Position numbers and translations under genes: made by a program. Shown here in pieces: positions 38,037-48,300 of a DNA stretch of 64,000 nucleotides. A model generated the notes under the pieces. That model was not told where the DNA came from. It saw only the letters and a list, made by a program, of their open reading frames with translations, and did not search any database. Source of the stretch: Candidatus Woesearchaeota archaeon (GTDB lineage: Archaea; Nanobdellota; Nanobdellia; Pacearchaeales; GW2011-AR1). The stretch lies in NCBI GenBank assembly GCA_964413095.1, contig CAYPRJ010000001.1, forward strand, positions 6,975-70,974. Direction: 5' to 3'. The number at the start of each line of letters is the position of its first letter. Positions within the stretch are counted from its first letter, which is position 1.

Positions 38037-38591
38037 ATGATAACATATAATGATATTTATGAGGCTTCCAGAAAGGAAAGATATTCTGAACAGTTGCAAA
38101 AATTGCCTAAGAATTTTATTTCAGATGTTGCAGAATATTTGAGAGATAAAAAGAGTATTTCATCCAAAGAGGAAGGAATTTTTTCTGATGTTGTTACAAA
38201 AACAAAAAAACAACTTGAAAATGCAAGGACTTTATTTAAGGAATTGGTTTTGAGGAGGAGAAAAAAGATTTTAAATTTAGTTTTGATTGCAGGAGAGACA
38301 GGAATTTCAAGACAGGATTTTGAAAATATGATTGATTTTGAGAAACGATTTTTTGAAGAACTTATGAAATGTGTTGAGAATTTTGATAAAGAACTTGATT
38401 ATGCTTTGAATGGAGAAAATGAAGAAAAACAAAAAAATACTCTTGTTATTTTCAAAGAGAATGTTGAAGAATTTGTTGGTATGAATGGGGAGAAAATGGG
38501 GCCTTTTGAAAAAGGACAGATAGCTAATCTTCCTTATGATATTGCTAGTATTCTTATAGAAGACAAGAAAGCTGAAAAAACAGAAGAATAA
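38037..38591 (+). CDS. GINS complex subunit (Gins51/Gins15-like) candidate
   Basis: The N-terminal L..LPKNFISDVAEYL pattern resembles the archaeal Gins51 A domain. 184 aa. Weak. Confidence 0.35.
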   Translation: MITYNDIYEASRKERYSEQLQKLPKNFISDVAEYLRDKKSISSKEEGIFSDVVTKTKKQLENARTLFKELVLRRRKKILNLVLIAGETGISRQDFENMIDFEKRFFEELMKCVENFDKELDYALNGENEEKQKNTLVIFKENVEEFVGMNGEKMGPFEKGQIANLPYDIASILIEDKKAEKTEE

Positions 38592-38703
38592 TTATGAATT
38601 CTTATTCAAAGCAAAAAATTTAAAAAGTATTATGAATATATATTCATAATAGGAATCTTAGGTTCCTGAAAAATTAAAATAAGCTTTATGGCTAGGAGAA
38701 AAA

Positions 38704-38988
38704 ATGCCAAGAGGAGATAAAACAGGACCATTAGGAGAAGGACCAATGACAGGAAGAAGAATGGGTTTATGTGCAGGATTTAATGCTCCAGGTTTTATGA
38801 ATTCAGGATCTGGCAGAGGTCTTGGATTTAGAAGAGGATTTGGCAGAGGATTCAGAAGAGTTTTTATACCTTTTGCACAACCACAAGTAATAACAGAGAA
38901 AGAAGAAAAACAAATGCTTGAAGAAAATTTAAAGTCTTTGAAGCAAGAAATGGAAGAAATACAAAAAAGACTAAAAGAGCTTAAATAA
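38704..38988 (+). CDS. DUF5320-like protein (MPRGD...GPMTGR Gly/Arg-rich N-terminus, coiled-coil C-terminus)
   Basis: MPRGDKTGPLGEGPMTGRRMGLCAGF resembles the DUF5320 N-terminal signature. Confidence 0.4.
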   Translation: MPRGDKTGPLGEGPMTGRRMGLCAGFNAPGFMNSGSGRGLGFRRGFGRGFRRVFIPFAQPQVITEKEEKQMLEENLKSLKQEMEEIQKRLKELK

Positions 38989-39035
38989 GTTTTTTAACTT
39001 CTTTTTCTTTTTTAAGCATAAAATAAAAAATAAAA

Positions 39036-39527
39036 ATGCCAAGACCTATTAGAGCCAGAAGAATTTATTTTGATCCTGAAATAACTTATTTTAAACCTGC
39101 AGGAATTATGTTGAGAGATTTAGAAGAAGTTGTTCTAACAAAAGAAGAATTAGAAGCTATACGATGGATTGATCTTGAAGAAGTTGGACAGGAAAAAGCA
39201 GCTAAAAAAATGAAAGTAAGTCAGCCAACTTTGTCTAGGATTTTGATTTCAGCAAGAAAAAAAATAGCTAAAGCATTAATTAAAGGTTATGCTATAAGAA
39301 TAAAAGGAGGTGATTTTAAGATGGCAATTCCAAGAGGTTTAGGACGTGGAATGAGAAATAGAGTTCCTGTTGGAGGAGGCAGAGGCAGAATGGGTGGTCC
39401 AAAAGCTGCTGGTCCAGGAGGAAATTGTGTCTGTCCAAAATGCGATTATAAAGAACCGCAAGTAAGAGGACAACCCTGCATGAACAAAAAATGTCCTAAA
39501 TGTGGAACAAAAATGAGAAGAGAATAA
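39036..39527 (+). CDS. DUF134/UPF0251-family putative DNA-binding protein with C-terminal Gly/Arg-rich segment and zinc ribbon
   Basis: MPRPIRARRIYFDPEITYFKPAG...L..EE.EAIRWIDLEEVGQEKAAKKMKVSQPTLSRIL (sigma-70 region 4-like HTH), then CPKCD...CPKCG. Confidence 0.55.
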   Translation: MPRPIRARRIYFDPEITYFKPAGIMLRDLEEVVLTKEELEAIRWIDLEEVGQEKAAKKMKVSQPTLSRILISARKKIAKALIKGYAIRIKGGDFKMAIPRGLGRGMRNRVPVGGGRGRMGGPKAAGPGGNCVCPKCDYKEPQVRGQPCMNKKCPKCGTKMRRE

Positions 39528-39528
39528 G

Positions 39529-39948
39529 ATGAATGAAAGTTCAAAACAAGCTGTAATAAAATCAGTTAGAGCTTTAGGAAAGATGTTACCTTTAATTTTT
39601 GGAACAATCTTACTTGTAAGTTTAATTTCTGTTTTGATTCCAAAAACTTTTTATACAAAAATTTTTACAGAGTCTTTTCTTGATCCTTTGTTAGGAAGTT
39701 TAATTGGTAGTATTTCTACTGGTACACCAGTAGTTAGTTATATTATCGGGGGAGAACTTTTGAAACAAGGTGTTGGTTTTTTAGCTGTTACAGCATTTTT
39801 AGTTGCATGGATTACTGTAGGAATGGTCCAGCTTCCTGCAGAAATAGTAATTTTGGGAAAAAAGTTTGCTTTAATTAGAAATTTTAGTGCGTTTCTCTTA
39901 GCTATAATAGTTGCTCTAATTACAATTTTCTTTTTTAATTTAATATGA
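39529..39948 (+). CDS. membrane protein (putative permease subunit)
   Basis: 139 aa, 4 TM helices. The stop overlaps the next ORF. Confidence 0.3.
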   Translation: MNESSKQAVIKSVRALGKMLPLIFGTILLVSLISVLIPKTFYTKIFTESFLDPLLGSLIGSISTGTPVVSYIIGGELLKQGVGFLAVTAFLVAWITVGMVQLPAEIVILGKKFALIRNFSAFLLAIIVALITIFFFNLI

Positions 39949-40445
39949 AAATAAAAAAAATTTCAGGAAAATGGTATTTTTTAATAGCTGTAGCTGCTGT
40001 CTATGTTTTTCTATTATTTTTTAAAACAGAATTATTTATTTCTACTTCAAATTTTTTTCTTGATATTTTGAAAAAGATTATTCCTATTTTTCTTATTGTT
40101 TTTATTTTAATGTCTTTGTCAAATTATTTTTTTACTCCAAAGTTTGTTTCAAAACATCTTAAAAGCAAGGGAATCAAAAAATGGTTTTTTGTTATTATCG
40201 GAGGAGTTTTGTCAACAGGAGCAGTTTATATGTGGTATCCTCTGCTAGCTGATTTAAAATCAAAAGGTTTGTCTTATGGTTTAATTGCTTGTTTTCTTTA
40301 TAATAGAGGGATTAAAATTCCATTAATTCCTTTAATGGTTTATTATTTCTCTTTAAAATATGTTATTATTTTGAGCCTTGTTATGATAGCTGTCTCTGTT
40401 ATTCAGGGAGTAATTATAAACAGAATTATGGAAGTTAGAAAATGA
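39945..40445 (+). CDS. membrane protein (putative permease subunit)
   Basis: 166 aa, about 5 TM helices. Confidence 0.3.
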   Translation: MKIKKISGKWYFLIAVAAVYVFLLFFKTELFISTSNFFLDILKKIIPIFLIVFILMSLSNYFFTPKFVSKHLKSKGIKKWFFVIIGGVLSTGAVYMWYPLLADLKSKGLSYGLIACFLYNRGIKIPLIPLMVYYFSLKYVIILSLVMIAVSVIQGVIINRIMEVRK

Positions 40446-40584
40446 ATTGTATCTAAGTAAGTTTGTTAATTCTTTATTTTGTTTTTTTATGAATGGAAGG
40501 AAGATTATAAGCATTATTTTTTTATGTTAATTGGAATTTGATTAACTTTAGCTTATTAATACAATGCTATCTGTGATAGTATGA

Positions 40585-40720
40585 AGCCTGTGGAGGGATT
40601 CTAACCCCCGGCCTACTGCTGGCTTTCTGAACATGTAGTTGGCTCAGATACAAGGCAGTTGAGCATATCTTAACCTTTTAGAGTCACAGATATTCCGCTC
40701 TAACACTGAGCTACACAGGC
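40585..40720 (-). tRNA. tRNA-Thr(TGT) with two introns (~36 nt after the D-arm, ~28 nt at 37/38)
   Basis: Reverse complement: acceptor GCCTGTG/CACAGGC, D-arm GCTC..GAGC, anticodon stem ACTGC/GCAGT with loop CTTGTA|intron|A, T-arm GGGGG-TTAGAAT-CCCTC. Confidence 0.6.
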
Positions 40721-41334
40721 TTAATATTAGACAGAGTTATATTCTTTAAAAAGTTTTGTCCCTTCAATCTTAATGGAAGTTTATTATCAAATCTTATATA
40801 ATAAAAAGGAATTTTATTTGTATAATTTATTTTTATTTTGGAACAATTTAGATTAAGTTCGTCGCATAATTTACTTACCCCTTTTATTAAATTAAATCTT
40901 TTCTGTTTAAGCTGAATTCTTTTATTATACACAGAACCATCTGTATCAACTAATCCTGCTAGATAATTTAGTGCACAAGTTTTATTTGTTTTAACTATCT
41001 TTGGGATTTTCCCAAATTTCTTCTTTCCAATTTCACTTTCTAATTTTACAAAATAAAAAAATAACCCTGCGTTTTCTATCTTTAAATAATATGAATTTTG
41101 TTTTCTATTATCTTTGTTAATCTTTCCATTAACTGAAAAAAGTTTGTTTAACACGTTTCTAATGTAATCAATATAGATTTCACTCCCTGAATAAACTCTG
41201 AGAAGATAATGATAACCTCCTTTTTTTCTTTTCGTTATACTTAAAGAACCATCACCTTCTATAACTCCTAAAAGATATGCAATATCTTTATTTATTGTGG
41301 GTATGTTTATTTCACTCCTTCTTGTTTTTATCAT
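40711..41334 (-). CDS. free-standing LAGLIDADG homing endonuclease-like protein
   Basis: Two LAGLIDADG motifs, YLLGVIEGDGSL and YLAGLVDTDGSV. 207 aa. The stop codon lies inside the 5' acceptor stem of tRNA-Thr. Confidence 0.8.
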   Translation of the reverse strand: MIKTRRSEINIPTINKDIAYLLGVIEGDGSLSITKRKKGGYHYLLRVYSGSEIYIDYIRNVLNKLFSVNGKINKDNRKQNSYYLKIENAGLFFYFVKLESEIGKKKFGKIPKIVKTNKTCALNYLAGLVDTDGSVYNKRIQLKQKRFNLIKGVSKLCDELNLNCSKIKINYTNKIPFYYIRFDNKLPLRLKGQNFLKNITLSNIKPV

Positions 41335-41474
41335 ATCTCTTTCTACTTTGTGATATATTCCTTTATTGGATAATTCTTTATTCCTTTATTGGATAATTCT
41401 TTAGATATCTTTTTAATCATCTTTTAGAGCGTCTGAACTGCACTTAATAAGAAAGATTTAGTTTAAAAGATTTC

Positions 41475-42023
41475 TTATTGTTTAGATGAATTTTCTTCCT
41501 CAACTTCTAAAACTCTTATATCGCAGAAACTTAATGGATAAATTTTTTTGAGTTCTGAGCTTAATTGTTTTTGCAGTCTGTTTTTTAATATTTCTTCAAA
41601 AAGTTGTTCAGGTGTTTTGTCTTTTGTATATTCTATTAAGAATTTTTTTGCTCTTTCTCTTAAAGTTTTTCTAATAACTCTGGAAACTTTTCTTCTTGTG
41701 ACTAAAAAAGGTTTTATTCTTATTTGCGCGTTTTTGCAGTTTGTTAAGAGAGAATCTTCAACCTGATTAGTTCCTTTTCTTACAACTCTTTTTAAAAAAT
41801 AAGGCATTATTTTTATTTTCTGCGGAATTGAACTAATTTCTTCTCCTTCTGTTTTTACTTTAAATTGTATGATTGCCCCTTTTCCTCTTAAAATTCGTGT
41901 TAAATCAAATCTTATTATTCTGTTGTTTAATTCTTTTGGTTCATATGCTAAAAGTTGTGTTTGATTTTCTATTAAGGGAATTTTAACTTCAAAGAATTTT
42001 TTTCTGCGTTTTGCTCTTGCCAT
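41475..42023 (-). CDS. rps3ae: 30S ribosomal protein eS1 (S3Ae)
   Basis: MARAKRRKKFFEVKIP...KKIYPL...IRVLEVEE is the S3Ae pattern. Confidence 0.8.
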   Translation of the reverse strand: MARAKRRKKFFEVKIPLIENQTQLLAYEPKELNNRIIRFDLTRILRGKGAIIQFKVKTEGEEISSIPQKIKIMPYFLKRVVRKGTNQVEDSLLTNCKNAQIRIKPFLVTRRKVSRVIRKTLRERAKKFLIEYTKDKTPEQLFEEILKNRLQKQLSSELKKIYPLSFCDIRVLEVEEENSSKQ

Positions 42024-42035
42024 TTAAAAAAAACC

Positions 42036-42120
42036 CGCTGGTTTCTTCTGAACTTCCTCGAAGCACTGAACGGCAATTTCTAATTTCCTCCAATGAAGTC
42101 GCAATGAAATTTTTGTACCA
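42036..42120. repeat. repeated intergenic element, copy 2 (partner 35444-35575)
   Basis: See copy 1. On the minus strand it ends in hairpin aaaccagcggguuu plus a T-run, which is terminator-like. Confidence 0.6.
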
Positions 42121-42142
42121 GTTTTGTTTAATTGTTTGAACA

Positions 42143-42457
42143 TCATTCTTGAATTAATTTATTTGTTCTTTTATTTTTTGTTGAAGAACGATATTTTGAT
42201 TTTTTACATTCTTGGCATGTATACATAATATTTGGTTTTTTTGTTGTTTTAGTTTTTCTTTTAAATTTACTTACTGCTGGCTTAGACCATCTTCCAAGAT
42301 TACCTATTCCTCTTGCTCTTCCTCTCAGAGCAGCTCTTTGTTTAGAACCTCTTTTAAGTGAACCTCTTTTTGCTCCAGTTGATACTAATTTAATTTTTTG
42401 TTCTGTTTTTTTCTTACAATGTGGGCAATATCTTTTTGTTGTTTTAGGAATTTTCAT
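42143..42457 (-). CDS. rpl44e: 50S ribosomal protein eL42 (L44e)
   Basis: MKIPKTTKRYCPHCKKKTEQ...GIGN.GRWSK...YTCQECKK is the L44e zinc-ribbon pattern. Confidence 0.65.
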   Translation of the reverse strand: MKIPKTTKRYCPHCKKKTEQKIKLVSTGAKRGSLKRGSKQRAALRGRARGIGNLGRWSKPAVSKFKRKTKTTKKPNIMYTCQECKKSKYRSSTKNKRTNKLIQE

Positions 42458-42610
42458 TTATTTTTTCTCCAAATTCCTGAAACTTAAAAAATTCTTTGAA
42501 ATTTTTTTCAGTCGTAGGAATTTTCATGTTGAGAGAAGAAAAATTTAATTTATAAGGCTTTCCCACCCACTCCACCCATGAAAAAGGAATAATTAGAATT
42601 AAAAATAAAA

Positions 42611-42719
42611 TGGTCCTGCGCGGAATTGAACCGCGGTTTTATCCATTTTGTGAACAGCTTACAGATTTAAGTGAACTGAACTCGTCAAGGACATGTCTTA
42701 GCCACTGGACTACAGGACC
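42611..42719 (-). tRNA. tRNA-Val(GAC) with ~37-nt anticodon-loop intron
   Basis: Reverse complement: acceptor GGTCCTG/CAGGACC, D-arm GTC-AGTGGCTAA-GAC, anticodon stem TGTCC/GGATA with loop TTGACG, T-arm CGCGG-TTCAATT-CCGCG. Confidence 0.6.
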
Positions 42720-42770
42720 CCTTAGTATTATGTTAGAAATATTTAAATAGTTTATTTTTATGTTATTGTT

Positions 42771-42965
42771 ATGAAGAGGATATTTAAAATAATAATTTTT
42801 TTAGTGTATTTGGTTTTTGGAATTTATTTTATAAACTCTTTTTTGAATTTTTTTGAAATTTCAGAATTCTTTGCTAATTTTAGTAAATGGATAAATTTAA
42901 TTGGTGGTATTTTGATTCTTATTGGAGGAATTAATTATTTAAGAGCTGGAAGAGAGCGCTATTAA
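42771..42965 (+). CDS. small membrane protein
   Basis: 64 aa, two hydrophobic helices. Confidence 0.2.
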   Translation: MKRIFKIIIFLVYLVFGIYFINSFLNFFEISEFFANFSKWINLIGGILILIGGINYLRAGRERY

Positions 42966-43123
42966 TTTTTTAAAAATTTTTTCTATTTCTAATTTAATTT
43001 TAATTGCTGGTTTTTTAGGTATTAAAAAAATTATTCTTAATTACTAAGTAAGTTAGTAATTAAGTTATTAAGAAACATTTAAATAAGGAAAATTATTGTA
43101 AATAATAAGAAAAGAAGTTACAA

Positions 43124-43255
43124 ATGAAAAAATATCTGCTTTTAATTGAAGATGAGAAACTTTGGAACAAATTTAAGAATTCTATTAATAAAGATATCAA
43201 TACAGAGATAATTAATTTAATAAAGAAAAAACTCAATATAGAGGTAAAAAAATGA
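43124..43255 (+). CDS. ribbon-helix-helix (CopG-like) small regulator candidate
   Basis: MKKYLLLIEDEKLWNKFKNSINKDINTEIINLIKKKL has a beta-strand then two helices as in RHH proteins. The stop overlaps the ATG of the downstream gene. Confidence 0.4.
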   Translation: MKKYLLLIEDEKLWNKFKNSINKDINTEIINLIKKKLNIEVKK

Positions 43256-45069
43256 GAAATAAAGGACAGGTGACAATTTTTATAATAATTGCAATAATAA
43301 TAGTTAGTGCTGTGATTGGTTTTTTTGTTTTAAGAGATACAATTAGTTTTAAAATGATTCCAAGTAGTGTAGAGCCAGTTTATACTACTTTTCAATCTTG
43401 TTTAGAAGAAGAAGTTTTGATAGGTGTTAATGTTTTGGAAAGTCAAGGAGGTTATATAGAACTTCCTGGATTTAAAGCAGGTTCATATTACTCTCCTTTT
43501 TCTTCTCAGCTTAATTTTCTGGGAAATGAAATTCCCTATTGGTATTACTTATCTGCAAGCAACCTTGAAAAAGAACAAGTTCCTTCAAAAAAAGATATGG
43601 GGGAGCAACTTGAAAAATTTGTTGAAGAAAACATAAGAGAATGCGTATTTGATGAATATTATGAGCAGGGTTTTGAAATTGATATGGGAGAACCAGAAGC
43701 TCAAATTGTGATTTTAGATAAAAAAATAAACTTAAATTTAGATATGGATTTGAGTATTAGTAATGAAAAAGATAAAGTATTAGTTGAGAACCATGATATT
43801 TCTGTTGATTCAAATCTAGGAAATCTGTATGATTCTGCAAAAGAAATTTATGAAGAAGAGCAAGAGAATTTATTTTTAGAAAATTATGCTGTGGATAATT
43901 TAAGATTGTATGCTCCTGTTGATGGAACTGAGTTAAGCTGTTCTCCTGAAATTTGGAATGCAGATAATGTCTTTTCTGATTTGCAAGAAGCAATTGAGTT
44001 TAATACTTTGTCTTTGAAAACACAGGGAAATGAAAACGATTATTTTGTTATTGATACTTCTGTTGATAATACTAGATTTATTAATTCAAAAAATTGGCCA
44101 AGTTATTTTGAAGTTGTTCCTTCTGATGGAAATATGTTAATTGCAGAGCCAATAGGCAATCAAGAAGGACTAGGAATTTTAGGATTTTGTTATGTTCCTT
44201 ATCATTTTGTTTATGATTTAAAATATCCTGTTTTAGTTCAGGTTTATGAAGGAGAAGAAATTTTTCAGTTTCCTTTAGTAGTTTCTATAGAAAAAAATAA
44301 GCCAAGAAAACCATTGAATGCAAGTGCTGGGAATGTCAAGGAATCTGAAGTTTGCAAATATCAAACTACTCCTGTGGAAATTAGAACTTATGACAGAAAC
44401 TTAAATTCTATTGAATCAAAAATAACTTATGAATGTCTTGGTGAAACTTGTTATATTGGAGAAACTTCTTCTGGTGTTTTAGAGAATAATTTTCCTCAAT
44501 GTGTTAATGGTTATATAGTTGTAAAATCAAACGGTTTTAAAGAAACTAAGCATCTTTATTCAACAACTCAGTCAGGAAGTGTAGATATCATATTAGATAA
44601 ATTATATGAAATGGAACTTGAATTGAGTTTAGATGGAGCAAGTTATAATGGTGAAGCAATGGTTACTTTTATTTCTGGAGATGATTCAAAAACAATTATT
44701 TATCCAGAGCAGAATTCAATTGAACTAAGCGAGGGACAGTATGAAATACAAGTTTATATTTATGAAGAATCTTCTTTGAATCTGGAGTCAACTACTTCAG
44801 AACAGTGTGTTGATGTTTCTTCTGGTTTAGGCGGAGTTTTTGGAATAACAGAGGAGAAATGTTTTGAGATGGAAATTCCTTCGCAAATTGTTTCAAGTGC
44901 TTTATCAGGAGGAGGCAAAGAGAATTATTATATTCTAGAAAATGAATTAATAGACTCTAATATTATTAAGATAAACGCAGAAAGTTTACCAAAGCCAAAA
45001 ACAATTGAACAATTGCAAGATAATTATTTATTATTTGAAAATAAAGAGTTGGGAATTGTATTTAGATGA
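43252..45069 (+). CDS. large secreted pilin-like/adhesin protein with class III signal peptide
   Basis: MRNKG|QVTIFIIIAIIIVSAVIGFFVL is a KGQ prepilin-type N-terminus. 605 aa, Cys pairs. Confidence 0.45.
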   Translation: MRNKGQVTIFIIIAIIIVSAVIGFFVLRDTISFKMIPSSVEPVYTTFQSCLEEEVLIGVNVLESQGGYIELPGFKAGSYYSPFSSQLNFLGNEIPYWYYLSASNLEKEQVPSKKDMGEQLEKFVEENIRECVFDEYYEQGFEIDMGEPEAQIVILDKKINLNLDMDLSISNEKDKVLVENHDISVDSNLGNLYDSAKEIYEEEQENLFLENYAVDNLRLYAPVDGTELSCSPEIWNADNVFSDLQEAIEFNTLSLKTQGNENDYFVIDTSVDNTRFINSKNWPSYFEVVPSDGNMLIAEPIGNQEGLGILGFCYVPYHFVYDLKYPVLVQVYEGEEIFQFPLVVSIEKNKPRKPLNASAGNVKESEVCKYQTTPVEIRTYDRNLNSIESKITYECLGETCYIGETSSGVLENNFPQCVNGYIVVKSNGFKETKHLYSTTQSGSVDIILDKLYEMELELSLDGASYNGEAMVTFISGDDSKTIIYPEQNSIELSEGQYEIQVYIYEESSLNLESTTSEQCVDVSSGLGGVFGITEEKCFEMEIPSQIVSSALSGGGKENYYILENELIDSNIIKINAESLPKPKTIEQLQDNYLLFENKELGIVFR

Positions 45070-45362
45070 AAAAAAGAGTAGAAAAAAAACTTTTGAATTT
45101 ATTAAAAATAGCCAGCTTGATATTAGGAGTTATAGCAATTGTGCTTTTAATTATTGCTATTATTAAAAATGTTATATAAAAATGAGATAGTTGACAATAG
45201 AATGGATAATAAATGTAGTGAATTTTCTAATTTATATTTTAATATTTGTCAGAGCCATAGCAGCAGGATATTTCAATACTTTCGATTTGTTTGCTACATT
45301 AATCGGAGTTTTAGCAGGAGTAATGTTTTTGACATTCAAAATACTAAGGAGCAAAGAACAAA

Positions 45363-48300
45363 ATGAATAAGCAAAAAGCAAATAAAATTGAAAGATTTTT
45401 TTTAGCAGGAATTTTGTTAGTTGTTTTAATCTCTTTTGTTTCAGCGTCGTATTCTTTGTCAAATTTTGGTATTGGTGATTCTGATAAATCTTTAAGTTTT
45501 GATGATAAAAGTTGTGAAGCTGGACAGGATTTTCTAATAAAAATTTCTTCTTTTGGATGTACACCAAGTGTTGTTAGAAGTGATTTGCTTGAAGAACAAA
45601 ACGTTCCTGTTTTTTGTCAGCTTTCAGCCACAAAATTAAATCCTTTGATTGATGTTGAAGCTATTGAAAGTATTTCATTTAAAGGAGATTATCCAGATGC
45701 AGTTTCTGGTATTGGTTTTTATCCTGCAAAATCTGCTTTAAGTGCTAAACAAGATATTAATTATCCTGTTTTGAATAATATTGGTTATGTTACTATAGTC
45801 TTGAAAGAGCAAGCCAATGAATCTTCAATGCCAGATGTTGTCAAAGGAAATTTAACTGCTAATATAAAATATGATATAAAAAATGCTTTTGGTGTTGGAA
45901 AAGCTAATTTTTATCTTCCGAGTTTAACAGATGAAGAATGGGAAGAAAGATATTTTCAATATGGTTTTTGGGAGAAAAAAGGATATTTAAGAGCAGAAAA
46001 TATTGAATCAAACAGTGCAACAATTTCTGTTTATAATAAAAATTTGCAAAAAACATCTAGTGTTAATTTAGAAAAAGGAAAAACTTCTAAAGAAATTTAT
46101 ATTCCAGGTTTTGATTATTGTCAGGGAAGTTTACAGTTGAGGTTAGATAGTGTAGAAGCTGCAGATACAAGAGCAAGATTAAGAGTAAATGAAGATATTG
46201 TTGAAGTTGCAAGAAGAGAGAAGTTTTTAGATAATAAATGTACTGTTATTGGTTTAGAAAGAGATGGTTTAGTTCAAAATGTAGAAATTAGATGTGATGA
46301 AGATGAAGGAAGGAAAACCATTACACTAAGAATTGAGCCAAAAATTAAAATTAGTATTGATGGAGAAGAAAGAGAAGTAGGAGTTGGAGATTATTTATAT
46401 GAAGATGAGGAAAAAAATGAATTTGTGTATTTAGGGCATATAGGAGCAAAAAAAGACAGCACCAACATAGAAGATATTTATTTATTTGTTGTTAGATTAC
46501 CTGAGTTTGAAAAAAAATTAAGCCAAGATAAAATTTCTTCTATTGGAAATTTTGTTGATAAACTTGAGTATAAAGATTTAACTGGAAATGTAGTGACAGA
46601 TGTGCTGTTAAATTCTTTGAGATTATTTGGAGCAGGAAGTGAAGCATTATTTAGGCGTATTGTTGAAGGACAAGCTTATAGAATTGTTTCTTATCCTGAA
46701 ATAGAAGAGGTTTTTGGGCAAGAAATTCAAATAATTGATTTTGTTGATGTTCAAGATAAAGAACTTAATGGAGCAGAAGAATATTATCAAAATGCTATAG
46801 GTGATTATAAAAATATAGTTGAGAATTTTGCTGGAGAAAAATATCCAGAAAATAGCAGAGTTAACTTAGGAGAAGAAGCTTTATATCAGCAGATAATTCT
46901 TGCAAGAGATTTAGGACAAGGAAAAACTATGGTTGATTTATGCGAGAACTTTAAAGAAAAATATCCTGATTCTGATATAGACCTTAGTGATTGTGATGAT
47001 AGTTACAAACTTTCTAATTCAGAGATTTCAACAGATTATGTTAAAATTAATGGAAAAACTGAGAAAATTTCTTTTGATGGAATTTATGAACCAGGATTTT
47101 ATGATTATGGAGCAGAAGTTTTAGTTGAGGGGCCTAATGGTGAAAGGTCATTATTGTATCTTTCAAAGGATCAAACTATTAATTTGGATGATTTTAGAGA
47201 TGAAGAAAATCTAAATGAATTTATTCAACTAGTTTCTCTTGATGATGATTCTGCTAGATTAAAGATAAATCTTGCTGAAACTGGTTTGAAAAAATTGATT
47301 TCTTCAGATAATAAAAATCTGAAAAAAGATATTTCTGAAAGTTTTGGAAGTGATTATATTTTTACATTAAAAGATATACATCTTGAAAAATCAGCAAAAG
47401 TTTCTGTGATTCCTAATATTAATAATGTTGGAACAGAGGCGAATTTTAGTTTTCAAATTGGAATAGAAAAAAGATGGAATTTAACTTTAGCTCCTGATAC
47501 AATTGAAAAAAGGATTGATGCTTTGAATGGAACAATTGGCAAATTGCAGAATATTTCTGATACTCTTGGAGACGTAATTAAAGTTGGAAAAACTGCATGT
47601 CTTGGTACAGGAGCTGTTTTAACTATTAAAAATTTCTTAGCTAATCTTGAGGGAACAGGAATTGCAAGGCAAAAAGTTATGAGAGGAGAAAATGGTTGGT
47701 ATGAGAAATGCACTGATTTAGTTGAAAAAGGAGAATATGTTTCTTTAGAACAATGTTTTCTTGAAAACTCTGATAAGATTGATAAAGATGTTGAAGAGGT
47801 AACTGAAATAATAAATAAACAAGATAAAGAAATAAAAAAAATTCAAGAGCAGTTCACCGAGAGTAAATTTTTATCTGAAAAAGTTGTTGATACAGATAAA
47901 TTTATGGAAGAATTCACTGAAAAAGTTCAAGAAGAGATTTCTGTTTTAGGAAATAGTTTTGAAGATCCAAGAGGTAAGGGAGAGAGTATTAATATTGAAG
48001 AAATGAGAAAAACTCTTTCTTATGAAGGATGGAAACAAGGTTATTATAGTACAGAGAAACTTAAAGAAATAGAACTTGCTTTAATGGTTTTGGAATCTGG
48101 TGCTGATGAAGATTTGAAAAATATTTATAGGGAGAGACTTTATTCTGACCTTTCAGAAGTGCAAGCGAACTCAGAAAGTTTTGCAGAAATTTCAAATTTA
48201 GCAAATGACTTGAATGTTCAATCAAGCCAGATTTCATTTTTAGAAGTTGGAGAAAGAGTTAAGGAAATTACTTATGGTGGTTTAACAAATAAAGATACAG

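Noticed and set aside
45154-45366. 70-aa ORF MLLLKMLYKNEIVDNRMDNKCSEF...
   Set aside because: No features. An alternative frame in the same interval encodes a 2-TM peptide (..WIINVVNFLIYILIFVRAIAAGYFNTFDLFATLIGVLAGVMFLTF..) but lacks a clear ATG. Neither is convincing, so neither is annotated.
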